From contig NC_058368.1 of the NCBI RefSeq assembly GCF_018350175.1, forward strand, positions 171,060,001 to 171,124,000: a stretch of DNA of 64,000 nt, given 5' to 3'. This stretch comes from Felis catus. Its lineage: Eukaryota. Within the stretch, counting starts at the first letter, position 1. Each line of letters starts with the position of its first letter. The notes beneath the pieces are model-generated. The model was not told the origin of the DNA. It did no database searches and saw only the letters and a list, made by a program, of their open reading frames with translations. Both the position numbers and the translations under genes were made by a program. This document shows, piece by piece, positions 38,467 to 50,339 of this stretch.

Positions 38467-41138
38467 AGGCAACTGGAAAAAAATGCACATGTACCAGATA
38501 ACCTAAAAAGTTTGGGAAGGAGTTATTGAAAAGAACACTCTGGTCAACTAAGACACAGCAAAGTAAACTCAAAATTGCACCTTTGACAGTACTCCTGAGT
38601 TGTATAACAATGTATTTTAACTATGTAAATGGTGCCCCCAGAATTGCCCTCAGAGAGTCCCCTACACAGAATACACTGTGATCAGTGCCTGGGAGAGTTA
38701 ACAAAGTGGTTGTATTTTTCTGGTAATGCAAAGACACTCTAGGAGTCTTGAGTGTCTTGAAATTATTGTTGTGAAACATCATCATTTTAGGGTATATGTA
38801 AAATGTCCAGATACTGAATCGTTCTGTTTTGAATTCTGAAGTCTACCTGTAATTTTGTACCCTGGAATGAGCTGATTATAAATTTGTATTTGGCATAAGC
38901 CCTTAACTAAACCCGATAAATACACTGAAATTAGATCCTCTTTAGTGTTTTAAATTATGTAAATGGAAATACATGTTTAACAGAAAAGGCATGTTCATAT
39001 ATTTTGTAGAGGTGGCCAGGTATTAAATCTGCTGCTTCCCTAGAAGAAGTTTCCATTGTACGTAGGCTAAGTCTTCATGTAAGCTAGTTACAGAGATCAG
39101 CAAAGTAATTCCAGTTCTAATCAAGGAAAGAAAATAACTCCATTTTGCCAAAAAGGATAAAAGGAGGTACAAGATGCCTCTAAAAGAATATAATGAAACT
39201 TTTTTTTTAAACATTAATAGGTGCAGAGACTTTGAAGGGCTCAGGCTTCCCAGAATAAGCAAATTGTTAGAAAGTTACTTGGAATCACCCACAGACAATA
39301 ACTGTCGGTGGTTTCATTTCAGGCAATGGGCTTGTGCCAAAAGGGACTGACATCTTGACGAAAGGGTCACCAAAAAGTTGTGAGAATTTTTCCACGAGTG
39401 AAAATCCTTCCAAGAGCAACACACTGTGATTTCTCATTCTGCCACCATACATAAAGGACAACTGTAAGAAATTAACAACATGTAATAATAATTCAGATTT
39501 ACTCTTCTGCACTCAAATTGTTCCAACTTTCATTCTCGGCTTTGGCACACACGCTTGCCTTTCACGAAGCTCATTCCACTCACTAATACAGAAACACGGT
39601 ATTTACTCTTTGAGCCTGACCTATAGTCAGTTTTTGACCTACAGTCAGGTCTGCTAGTTTTGGCAGAGTCAGTGGTCAAATTTATGTTTAACCAAACTGG
39701 TCACCTGACATATTACAGCATATGTAAACCTTTGTGGTCTGTCCACCTATGGTGGCACAGAGGGTAAGACTCTGGATAAAAAGCGACAAGACAAAGTGAT
39801 GCGGCCAGTATCAGTAAAAGAAAAATAAACAAAAATACTGTGCAGTGGTTCATTTTATTACCATCCTAGCACTCTATGACAGTGGCTAATTGGAACTTAA
39901 TAGGAAGTTGGGAACCATTTGCACAAAACCTGCTGATCAGTTTACTTTTCTGTTCATCCCTTTTGCCCGTCCACCTCAAGTTCCTTAATTTGGTCACTAT
40001 CCGCTAAGTCCGAGCAAGAGCTACTTTCCACAAGGCTTTGCCACCCACCTGTTGAACTGACAGGTGAGGCACACACAAAAAATAGAGAGCTTACTTGCTA
40101 ATAGGATTCAAACTGAACTCATTTAATTGCTCTGATTCATTCTTCTCCCTGGAAGCTTATACTTGGGTTGTTCTCAAAGAAAACACCAAGTATATCAGAT
40201 TTAATTTTGATTCATTAAATTCCACCCTCGATTAAAAAAAAATAATAAAACCTGAAACTAAATTTGGAAATCACACATTCTGAGTGGCAGAAAGGTGTTT
40301 TAAACAGTGTAGACATCTGCAGTAGGACATGTACTTAAAAGTTGCCTGACATTTCGATTATTTTCTTCACAGTCCAAATTTCCAAGGAGGAAATTTTTCA
40401 TAGAAGATCAGTATACTTATTCAGCTGTTTTTAATGTGTATTTCATCTGTTTCACTCTTTCCACAGTCATCCAAAATGAAACTGCCTTCTGTGTGTATCA
40501 CAATGCTTGTCACAAATAGTCACCCTTTCATTCAGAGGTAATGTGCTTGACTTCTGAAACGGAGCAGATGCCTCTGAGAAGTGAAGTTATACATCAACAA
40601 AAAGTATCAAGGCTAATTACATCTGAGATACAATAGGCAGGGTATATGAAGATAAAAAAAAGTCCAAGCTCTTCACATATATTGCTCTTAAGGAGAGCGG
40701 ACTGTCCAGGTGTTTGATGAGCAGGACATGGACCCCTACTCTGAGGGTGACTTCTGGTGAGCTCTAAAATAGGACCCATTGCTTTGTTTGAGCCCTACGA
40801 CTGCCACCTCCCTCCATGCATGTCACAACACACCGCTCTTCTTAAAGAACAGAACGGTTTCTGTTGTTCAAGTTAAATAAATCTTTGCTTCTGAAAGAGG
40901 AATTTCAGTTTCTGTTCAAAATGACTGCAAATCAAAAAGATCTAATTCACCACATCCAATTCATATCAATTGCTGCACTGCAAAGCTCCCACATGCCGGA
41001 CGGAGAAAGACCCCTTTAAAGGTCAAATGGGGTAGGAACAATAAGGGGTTGAGGCGGGATGAAGGCGTGTGGTTGATATTTATATGAAATCAAGACACGA
41101 GAACCTACTGAGAATTGCCTCTGATGACCCATTCTTAC

Positions 41139-41141
41139 CAT
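41139..41141 (-). CDS. NREP: NREP initiator ATG (last 3 nt of the 64-nt exon)
   Basis: TCTCAAAATG|gtaaga. A at -3, with the +4 G supplied by the next exon, gives a strong Kozak context. This completes MVYYPEL. Confidence 0.92.
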
Positions 41142-41202
41142 TTTGAGAATCGTAACAGTCTTGGCCTTGCACCCTCCCTCTCTTCAGTCCAGGGAGATCA
41201 AC
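41139..41202 (-). other. NREP: NREP start-codon exon (61 nt of 5'UTR plus ATG)
   Basis: catattttgcag|GTTGATCTCC...AAAATG|gtaagaat. An in-frame upstream TGA rules out an N-terminal extension through this exon. Confidence 0.9.
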
Positions 41203-42296
41203 CTGCAAAATATGTTTAAATACAGAAGACAAATCGCCTCACCGCAGGTCAGGAAATGAAAAATGCCGGTTTAGAGGTTACAGACAAATAACCATTTTCT
41301 GTGGTTAAGATAAGTTACATGCAAATTATTGTAACCACTGGGGCTTCTCAGAGAGCTTTCCAAGGGTCTATAGGCTTAAATAGGGGACAAAGAAATTCCT
41401 GGTACCTGGCTCTGCAGAGTCCTGGGCTATTCTTAGTGTTTGGTTCCTCTTTAAATTGCGGGAGTTCAAAAGGTTTAGTAACTTAAAAGTAGAACCAAGC
41501 GATAAAAATAGATTGTTTTCTGGCTGCTCTTTGTTCCCAGACATACTACTGGCAGTATATTTGCAATCAAGACAGCAGAATAGGAATCAGCCTTCCACCG
41601 TGTAGTGTAATGCCTCAGAGTGGGTATTTTTGGAAATGGCACTGCATTACATAACCTTCCGTGTCTTAAAAAAAAAAAAAAAAAAAAAAAAACTACACTC
41701 GGGGGGGGGGGGGGAGTCAGGAATATACACCATTATGCCCTTCTCTTTATACCAAATAAACATTAATGTACATGCTGCAGTGATTTTCCTCTCCACCTTT
41801 ATGTCGTCAGAACACGGTTCTTTTGTTAACATAAGTTATGGCAAAAATTAAGATGAATGGAAAAACTAAAAGTTCTCCAACAGGGTATCTATCATAAGCT
41901 CTTAGAGTTTTCCTATAATGTTATTATAGATACACATAAATGCAAATCAGATTGTTATCATCATCATCCAGCAAAAAGCAGTCATGTATTTTTAAACCCT
42001 CCCTCCCCCAAAGTTCAACTGCTTTATAAGAAAATGCAGAAAAAGTGTTGCAAGATCGAATGCCTGAGAAGACCCTTGGCGGCGGCAGCAGCGCTGAGAG
42101 TAATAAAGTGTATGGATGGAGGGATACAAATTCATTTAATAAAGGGGGTGGGGGTGCATGCACCAAAGTGCATCTAATGCAAAGAAACAAACCAGTCCCT
42201 AAGAATGCTATATGAGCAAGAAGAACAAAAATTAACCATACCAACAAGCAAAAAACCCCACCCCTTCCCAAAAGAATTCTCCCTCTCAACTTGTGC

Positions 42297-42339
<43 letters not shown>

Positions 42340-42537
42340 CAAGTTAAATTCCAGCCTTAATGCACCAGGACCAAAATGCCAGAATTTCTTCAAGGTACAC
42401 ACTTCAGCTCTTTAAAATTTAGAGGGAAGAAGCATGAACTCTGCAGGGTTGAAGGGTCCAGCTAAGAGCAATGGCAAGAAACCGACACAAAAGAGAAAGC
42501 AGCGCTCCCGGCCGGGGATGGGAAGGCATATACTTAC

Positions 42538-42579
42538 AGACAAAAGCCCCGCTCCCTGTTCACTCTCTCCTCTCTACAC
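42538..42579 (-). other. NREP: NREP 42-nt 5'UTR exon (or the 3' end of a longer first exon)
   Basis: tttgtgtttcag|GTGTAGAGAGG...CTTTTGTCT|gtaagtat: consensus acceptor and donor flanking a purine-rich body. Confidence 0.8.
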
Positions 42580-42785
42580 CTGAAACACAAATGTGGATGA
42601 AAAAGGGCATCATGCTAGAAAGACAGCTGGGAGGGGGAGGGGGAGGGGAGGGGGAGGGGACAGGGGTGGAGGAAGAGGAGAGAGGAGGGGGAAGGGAAAC
42701 AAAACCCAGACCGGCTTCACTTCCAAGAAGTACAGCCGTGGAAAAAGGAGGGGAAGGTCTCCCTGCCTCGCGCGCTCTCTCTCCA

Positions 42786-42788
<3 letters not shown>

Positions 42789-42843
<55 letters not shown>

Positions 42844-42861
42844 TTTCTCTAAGAGTCTCAG

Positions 42862-42892
<31 letters not shown>

Positions 42893-42900
42893 CCGCTCTC
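42789..42900. repeat. (GT)27 followed by a (CT)-rich tract
   Basis: Directly visible at the proximal edge of the CpG island. Confidence 0.95.
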
Positions 42901-43003
42901 CGCTGCCAGTGTGCTAGTGAACAATGAGCTAATTCTGATGGGGCTGGCGCTGCGCCAGCGCCCCAGCCTTGCTGCCACTGTGCGGCCGCAGCGGAGCCAG
43001 ACT

Positions 43004-43016
43004 GCTTACTCTGCAG
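43004..43016 (-). other. NREP: Candidate splice donor of an alternative NREP first exon (exon ends at 43010)
   Basis: CTGCAGA|gtaagc inside the CpG island, upstream of the 42579 acceptor. Confidence 0.55.
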
Positions 43017-43479
43017 GAATCGGCGACTCGGGGCCCCGTCGGCGAGCCGCCAGCAAGCGCGCCCCGGCACCCCGCACCCGAGCACCCCGCCGCCCCTACT
43101 GCTCCTGCCGGGCCCCTGGGGGACAAAAGGGCCCGCAGACCGGCGCGCCGCCCCGGCCCCGCCCCGGAGCACGGCGCACACACACCCCGGCCCAGCCTCT
43201 CCCGCCCCCCGGCGGGCTTCTCCGCCTCGACGTGCGGTTGCTTTTCAGACAAATAAGGAGGCGGAGGAGGCGGTTTGGGGGCGCGCCAGGCGTGAAGGCG
43301 GCCAGGGCGCTGCACAGCCCGGCAGGCCGCCAGGCCGCGGGGAGAGGCGGCGCGGCCCGTACTGTAATAATAAACCTGCAGCAGAGGGCATCTGAGGGAA
43401 AGAGGACGGCGACGGGGCGGCAGCCGCCTTCCCTTTTATGTGCCTGTCCCGAGCGAAGCAGAAAATGGTGCCCGCGGAG

Positions 43480-43502
43480 GCGCGCGCGGGCGCGCGCGCG
43501 CA

Positions 43503-43553
<51 letters not shown>
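43480..43553. repeat. (GC)n run plus (AC)25
   Basis: Directly visible alternating purine-pyrimidine tract. Confidence 0.95.
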
Positions 43554-43558
<5 letters not shown>

Positions 43559-43562
43559 GCGG
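43552..43562 (-). other. NREP: Candidate splice donor of a more distal alternative NREP first exon (exon ends at 43558)
   Basis: GCCGCT|gtgagt followed directly by a (GT)25 tract, inside the CpG island. Confidence 0.45.
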
Positions 43563-45455
43563 CGCAGCATGCATTTGCGCACGCCCCCCGGGTCTACCCC
43601 GCAGCCCCGCCAGGGCAGCGTGCCCGCCCCAGCCCGCAGGAAGCCCGGGGTCGGAAGCACCCCCAAGGCCCGGCCCAGAGGCCCCAGTGGCTGCGCGCGC
43701 ACACTCGGGCACACACACGTGTGCACACGGCCATAGGTGCGCGGACAGCCGTGAGCCGCGACCTGCGACCTGGTGTGATCGGCCCGAGACACACTCCCCT
43801 CTTGCTCCCTTTTCCTTGCAGGATTTAGCCTATTCCCGCTGCTCCTCGCCCTAAAATTATACTTTTTAAAATTGGAGATTGCTTTTTTAAAAAGTGCTTT
43901 GTGTTTCTGATTTTTTTTAAAAAAAATTGGTTTATTTAAAATCTGTCTTCATAGTAGTGTAACAGCTCAAAATTTTGCTACAACTTGGTTTTGTTGCCAA
44001 CAAAACAGGATATCATTTTATGGTAAATGTCAGATGTTAGAGGGAAAGATTATTTCCTAATTAAATTGCTTTGCCAAGAAAAAAAGATATGAAAGATCAT
44101 AACGTCTTCTAAATTTACCATCCACATTTTACTTCTAATCACTGAAAGCAATGTTTTCCCATCATAGCAGTCAGGAAAGGTGAGGGGGGAAGGGGAGAGG
44201 GAGAATTTACAAAAACATGTTTATAGATTGTCTTAAATCAAAAAAATAAGTTTTTGGGGGGTACAGAAATAGCATACCTTAAAAAGCAATATTTTACACT
44301 ATTATAAAGAAAAAATTCTCTATAAGCTTGTTGCCAGCACTATAGATCTCCTTTCACACTACAAAAACCACTGCAGCAACAAACATTTCTTGATCTGACA
44401 GTGGGTGTAACATTTAAGGGGCCAGCTAGGAGTTTTCCTGAATTAATCTAAAACGTCACATTTTTCCTGCAAAAAAAACTTACCTTGGAGCCATTGCTAG
44501 GAACAAAGGCAAGACACAAAACTCAACAAACTCCCCAAAATGCCTTCAGGGCCAGTGTTCACCAGTGTTCACCAGGGAAATGATCTGAAGAGTAAGTGGG
44601 GAGGTGAGAGTGGGCAGAAACCTGGGGGCTGCTTCTGTAGGTCCGAGCCCCAAGAGGCTAGTCAAGGGCACCTCAACATTGAGATCTTTGACCTCAGAGT
44701 CAGGTTCAAAAAGAAATCCAAGAAGACACTGCCACATCAACCAAAAATCTATCCCAGAGAGATATGTTCAAAAGTTATTTCTTCAAGAAAACATATACAC
44801 ACACACATACATACACACTGACTTTTGTATTTATACAAAGCTTCCCTAAGATGGCCTTTAAAAACACAGGGAAATTTGGGATTTATTATGTGCTAATTTT
44901 TCTTCATTGTAGCCACAAATATTTGGGTGACATAGTTTCTTGTGTGTGTTTGTTTTTCTGTTTAAGAAATAAGAACACTGGGTCAGAATCATAGTCTATT
45001 TACTGTGTTCCAGAAAATGGTTATAATCCAACTATCCAGGAAACATTCTTGAGTCCTTCTGGGTAGAGGAGACTGTACTAACCACTAGGGACATAAAGGG
45101 ACTCACAGCATGCCACCTCATTCAGGCAATGTAGCATTCAGGAAATGTCTTAGTGCTCCAGGGGAGCACCCTCTGCCCTGCTCCCATCTGCCCTAAAGGT
45201 TGTAGGGTAGACCCACTCTCCTGAAATATCTTTCTAATCATCGTACCCCCTTGCTCCATTATAGGATAAAGACCACACTTTAGCCTTCTACTCAACTCTC
45301 ACCACAATGTGACCACAATCCAACTTTCTAGCTTTATCATCCTCATCTGTCTCTTTCCCAGTTATAGGAGTCCTTTGATTCAGTCTGATTACTTAGGGCA
45401 TTTATTTATCCCTAGATCATTCAGGAAGCAAAGTCACACAAAGACTGACTTAAAC

Positions 45456-45680
45456 CAGGGTGTCTCCACCTCAGTGCTATTGACTTCTGGTGCTGCATAA
45501 TTTTTTGATGGGGCCAAGGTGCAAGGTGGAGGAAGTAGGGATATCCTGTTCCTTGTAGGATGTTCAGTGGCATCTCTGGCCTCCACCAATCAGATGCCAG
45601 TAGTGTGACAACCGAATTTGTGTCCAGACATCGTCAAATGTTCCTTGAAGGGGCAAAGTTCCCCTTGTTGAGAACCATTG
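45456..45680. mobile_element. hAT-Charlie MITE (MER20-like)
   Basis: cagggtgtctccacc...tgtaggatgttcagtggcatctctggcctc...gtgacaacc...tgttgagaaccattg. Confidence 0.8.
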
Positions 45681-46966
45681 TCTCAAATGATCAAATCCAT
45701 GGGTTGAGATGGGAGAGGTGGCCTCCCCTGAGTCACGTGGACTACATGCAAAAGAGACAGAGACCTGAACAAAAGCAAGGTTCTCTTAGGAAAGAGGAAA
45801 AAGAAGTAGGCAATGTCCTTATCTTCATGGAATCTATGGTCTGGGGTGAGGGGTGGAGACACAACCACAGCCAAACTTACAGTGCAGTGTAATAAGGACA
45901 ATTGCAGAGCTCTGCACCAGGGTACACTGTGAGAATGAATAAAGCCTCCTTTCTCAATCAGACTGGGGTTTAAAAGAAAGTTTTGTAATGGAGGTGATGC
46001 TTAAACTGAACTTATAAAGAATGAATAAAAGCCAGCAAACTCAAGAAGGGGGAAAGGGACATTTGGGGTAGAGGCAGGGGCACATTGTGAGCTAAGGAAT
46101 TTGATCAGTGCCTGGTGACAGCCAGGTGATACCAGAAAATAAGAATCCCGGGTCAGAAGCTGACCCTTGTGTTCTGTCCCTTACATGAATGTGAATGCCA
46201 AAGAAGAGTCCATCCATCAGAGGATTTGGTCAAAAGGAGAAGGTACTTTAGATACAGGGTCTTTCTTCCACCTCCCTTAGATAGACAAAATATATCTTCA
46301 TATTTTCAAATGTAAGTCAAATATATATTCTGGCAATTTTATTTTCAGTCTGTGTCATTCACTGCTTCTGGTAACAAGTTCCATGAATCTGAGCTCTGTG
46401 CAAAAGGCTGCATGTAAAGTGGTTAGAAAAACAAGTGGTTAGAGCCAGCTCTATGTGACCCTGAAGAAGTTATTTAACCTTTTAGTCTCTGTTTCTTCAT
46501 TCTTCAACTGCAATTTATATGGTAGTACCAGAGTGCCGTGTTATGTGAAACTGCATACTGTACTAGGTAGCCTTACACACATGGAAGTAATGGGTATTAT
46601 AGGTAACTTTCTAGAATAAAACTTATGCACCATATCTTCTCTGAGCTTCACCTCCAGTCCCCCTCTGCTCAGCCTCAATGATGTGTGGCTCCCCAGTGAG
46701 TGATTCTGCAGCATGACTCTTGAACTTTTTCACTTGCTGTTCTGCCACCACAATGCCCCTTTCCCTTTCTTCAACATTTCCTGCTCCTTCTTCATAAATG
46801 TAGGTTATGTATCACTTCTTTTAGGAAACTTGCTTGGAACCACTGGCCCAATTTAGAAAGGAGTCTTTGTGCTCAGAGCTCTCCACGGCCTTTATCACAC
46901 TGTTGTAACTTTGGCTTTATTTTCCTGTCTTCACCACCAGACCTTAAATTCCATGAAGGAACAGAC

Positions 46967-47430
46967 TGTAGTAGACGTTTTTGGTTACTTGCCTAACATG
47001 CATTGTCTCTTTCCTTCTCCTTTTTTTTTTTCAATTTTTTATTTAAATTCTAGTTACTTGACGTATAGCATAATGTTGGTTTTAGGAATAGAATTTAGTG
47101 ATTCATCACTTACATATGACACCCAGTGCTCATCACAACAAGTGCCTTCCTTAATGCTCATCACCCATTTAACCCATCCCCCACCCATCTCCCTTCATCA
47201 ACCCTCTGTTTGTTTTCTATAGTTAAGAATCTCTTATGGTTTGCTTCCTTCTTTTTTCTTCCTTCCCCTATCTCTATCTATTTTGTTTCTTAAATCCCAC
47301 ATGTGAGTGAAATCATATGGTATTTATCTTTCTCTTTATTCTAGCTTACCATAATATACTCTAGCTCCATCTATATCATTGCAAATGGCAAGATTTCACT
47401 CTTCTTGATGGCTGAGTAATATTCCTTTAG

Positions 47431-47485
<55 letters not shown>

Positions 47486-48170
47486 ACATACTACATCTTC
47501 TTTATATGCATCAGTTGATGGACAGTTGGATTCTCTCCATAGTTTGGCTATTGTTGATAATGCTGCTATAAACATCGGGGTGCATGTGTCCCTTCCAATC
47601 AGTATTTTGTATCCTTTGAGTAAATACCTAGTAGTGCAATTGCTGGGTTGTAGGGTAGTTTATTTTTAACTTTTTGAGGAACCTCCATACTGTTTTCCAG
47701 AGTAACTGTACCAGTTTGCATTCCCAACAACAGTGTTAGAAGTTTCCTCTTTCTCCACAACCTCACCAACATCTGCTGCTTCCTGTGTTAATTTTAGCCA
47801 TTCTGACAGGTGTGAGGTGCTATCTCATTGTAATCTTGATTTGTATGTCCCTGATGATGAGTGATGTTGAATATCTTTTCAAGTGTTTGTTAGCCATGCA
47901 GGTGCCTTCTTTGGAAAAATGTCTATTCATATCTTCTGTCCATTTATTAACTAGATTATTTGTTCTTTGGGTCCTCTTCCTCTTTGTTAATGAAATCCTG
48001 TCTTGTCCTAGTCTCCATCCTTTCTACCTTAGAGCCCTCAAGTTCCAGGGAAGGTGATCCTGAGGAGTAGATCCTAATTATTTTAGCCCATTACTGAATT
48101 AAGTTGTTTGGCTCTGATAATGGGCTAGAGATGAGCATGTGACCTAAGTTCAACCAATCATACTGAAAGG
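46967..48170 (+). mobile_element. MaLR LTR fragment (MLT1J-like) split by an L1 insertion
   Basis: Starts tgtagtagacgtttttggtt, then resumes after 47972 with ttcctctttgttaatgaaatcc...gagcatgtgacctaagttcaaccaatca. Confidence 0.5.
47020..47972 (-). mobile_element. 5'-truncated carnivore L1 (about 950 bp) with an internal (TG)n
   Basis: Poly-T tail, then tagtgattcatcacttacatatgacacccagtgctcatc (same family as 4988-5098), then L1 ORF2-end motifs (ttgaggaacctccatactgttttcca, ttagccattctgacaggtgtgagg). Confidence 0.92.
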
Positions 48171-48229
48171 AAAGAATTATAGTACATGCTTGAACTAAGA
48201 AATTTGAATCCTATGCTTAAAGCAATATA

Positions 48230-48665
48230 CAACTATTGAACACATTTAATCTGAACATGACGTGAACAGGTATTTTTTTTCCTAGAAAGATTATTCTTAG
48301 AGCAATTCAGAGGATGTATTTGGGTATGAAGAAGGTAAAGAATTGAAGTGAGATCAATTAGGAGACTATTATAGTAATCTAGGTGAGTAATCATGAATGG
48401 CTCATGGGAAAGAAGAAGAGAGAAGGAGTCAAGTTACATTATGGAGGTAGGGTTACATTATGAATTGCAGGGGTCCTTGGGGGCTTGAAGGAGTACTACA
48501 GATTAACTGGAGAAAAGAGTCTAAGGTGATCCCAGACTTCTGACTCTGTGATTGCTTGGATGATCGTGCTTCTTCCTAAAACAGAAAATACTAGAAGAAG
48601 AGTGGATTTGGGAGGAGAAGGGGGTGATAATGAGCTCAGTTTTATATCTGCTGAATGTAGAACCC
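48230..48665. mobile_element. L2-like fragment
   Basis: Degenerate L2 motifs (tttagaaagattattct, attaggagactattatagtaatctaggtgag, gataatgagctcagtttt). Confidence 0.5.
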
Positions 48666-48740
48666 ACATAGTCAATTTTCCAACAGCAAGCCTTGAGTAA
48701 TTTTCTTATCATTTCCCTTTTCTTCGTGCTTCCTTCCTAG

Positions 48741-49101
48741 GATGGGTTGAATTGTGTCCCCTCCATGTTGAAGTCATAATGCCCAGCACCTCAGAATGTG
48801 ACTGTATTTGGGGACAGGGTCTTGAAATAGGTAGTTAGGGTAAAATGAAGTCATAAGGGGAGCCCTAATCCAATGTGACTTGTGTCCTGTAAGAAGAGGA
48901 GATGAGGACATAGACACACATGGGGAAGACCCTGTGAAAACATAGGGAGAAGACAGCCATCTACCAGCCAGGGAGAGAGGCCTCAAAAGAAACCAGCCTT
49001 GCTGACACCCTAATCTCTAGAACTGTGAGAAAATAAATTTCTGTTGTTTCAGCCACCCACTCTGTAGTACTTTGCTATGGCAGCCCTAGCAAACTAATAC
49101 A
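48741..49101 (+). mobile_element. MaLR solo LTR (MLT1A0-like)
   Basis: atgggttgaattgtgtcccc...cctcagaatgtgactgtatttgg...cagccctagcaaactaataca. Confidence 0.88.
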
Positions 49102-49702
49102 CCTTCCCTGCACTGAACATTCAGAAGGGTAGAGGATTCATAATATTTCTATTCGTTATGAGATTTAGGGTATTGTAAGATGTAAAGTCCAAGAAATATG
49201 TTGAAGCTGAAGAAGTAATATGTCTCCAAGGGCAAGGCTGTGTCTAAATCTAGAAAGTCACATTAAATAGGTATCTGAAAGTTGCCATTGTGGAGGCTCC
49301 TCTGAAATTCAGGGTCCGTGGTTCTCAGATCAGCATTCCAAAACGCATAAGGAAACCTATTTACAATTTCAACCCTGTCTGCTTGCAAGTTTCCAGCTGT
49401 ATTTACACAGCTGCTGAAGGCAGCGCAGATGAGAAGGATTCTCCACTTCACCACTTAGAAACCCACACTGAGAATAGTTCAGAAAACGCCTTCATATTTG
49501 AGAATTCACTAAGTCTCAGGAAGGAACACAAAACATCAAGAATTAAGCCACTGACATGGGGACTTTGGCAATGAAAGGAGGAAAAATAGTGTAAATTTAG
49601 CAAAGTATGAAATACAAACTTAAAAGTGAATACAGGATGACTTATAACCTATGTCACTCTATAAAACATAACAATGAACATAGTATTCAAAAGATAAAGG
49701 AC

Positions 49703-49862
49703 GAGGACACCTGGGTGGCTGAGTTAGTTAAGCATCTGACTCTTGATTTCAGCACAAGTCATGATCTCATAGTCGTGAGATCAACCCCCGCATTGGGCTC
49801 TGCACTGGGCATGGAGGCTGCTTAAGAGACTCTCTCTCCCTCTCCCTCTGCCCCTCTCCCCA

Positions 49863-49910
<48 letters not shown>

Positions 49911-49923
49911 AAAAAATAAAAAA
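49703..49923 (+). mobile_element. Older CAN-SINE (different subfamily head/body)
   Basis: gacacctgggtggctgagttagttaagcatctgactcttgatttc...catggaggctgcttaagag, long (CT)n, and TSD ataaaggac. Confidence 0.9.
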
Positions 49924-50291
49924 AATAAAGGACAAACATAGGAGGTGAGGATCTTCTGAAAACCATGGCACCCTCAATCTTGTATTTTGTCCAACATCTG
50001 GAAATAATTGAAAATCCCTGGAAAAGTCAAGTGAGCCCTCCTGGAGGTGAGGAACAAGCTAGCTGTTGCAGAAACAAAGAGATAAATGGAAGGAATGTCT
50101 CAAAGGAAGATTTATCCAGATTATCCTACCAGGCAAAACAGACCATATGAAACACATTTTAAAAATTAGCCTTCTGCTTGCCTTAAAAGTTATCTGAATG
50201 GTGATGCAAAACTTTAAAAATAATACCGGTGGTGAATGCTGTTCCAAAACAAGTAAAAGGAAACTATTTTAAAATCCCAATGTGTGTGCAC

Positions 50292-50293
<2 letters not shown>

Positions 50294-50337
<44 letters not shown>
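50294..50337. repeat. (GT)n microsatellite
   Basis: Directly visible. Confidence 0.95.

Positions 50338-50339
<2 letters not shown>

Larger units (their letters stand above)
42890..43850. promoter_or_regulatory. CpG island / NREP promoter region
   Basis: Sharp rise in GC and CpG density against a CpG-depleted background. It has GC boxes (ggccccgccccg, ggggcgg) and a CATAAAAG TATA-like variant on the minus strand at 43440-43433, directly upstream of the NREP 5' exons. Confidence 0.9.

Noticed and set aside
41237..41248. GCG|GTGAGG donor-like motif just upstream of the start-codon exon
   Set aside because: It would define a 40-nt intron, too short for the major spliceosome.
42593..43828. 411-aa plus-strand ORF and several overlapping 95-153-aa ORFs
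   Set aside because: These are products of stop-poor GC-rich CpG-island DNA and dinucleotide repeats (VCVC, HTHT, SLSL runs), with no recognisable domain.
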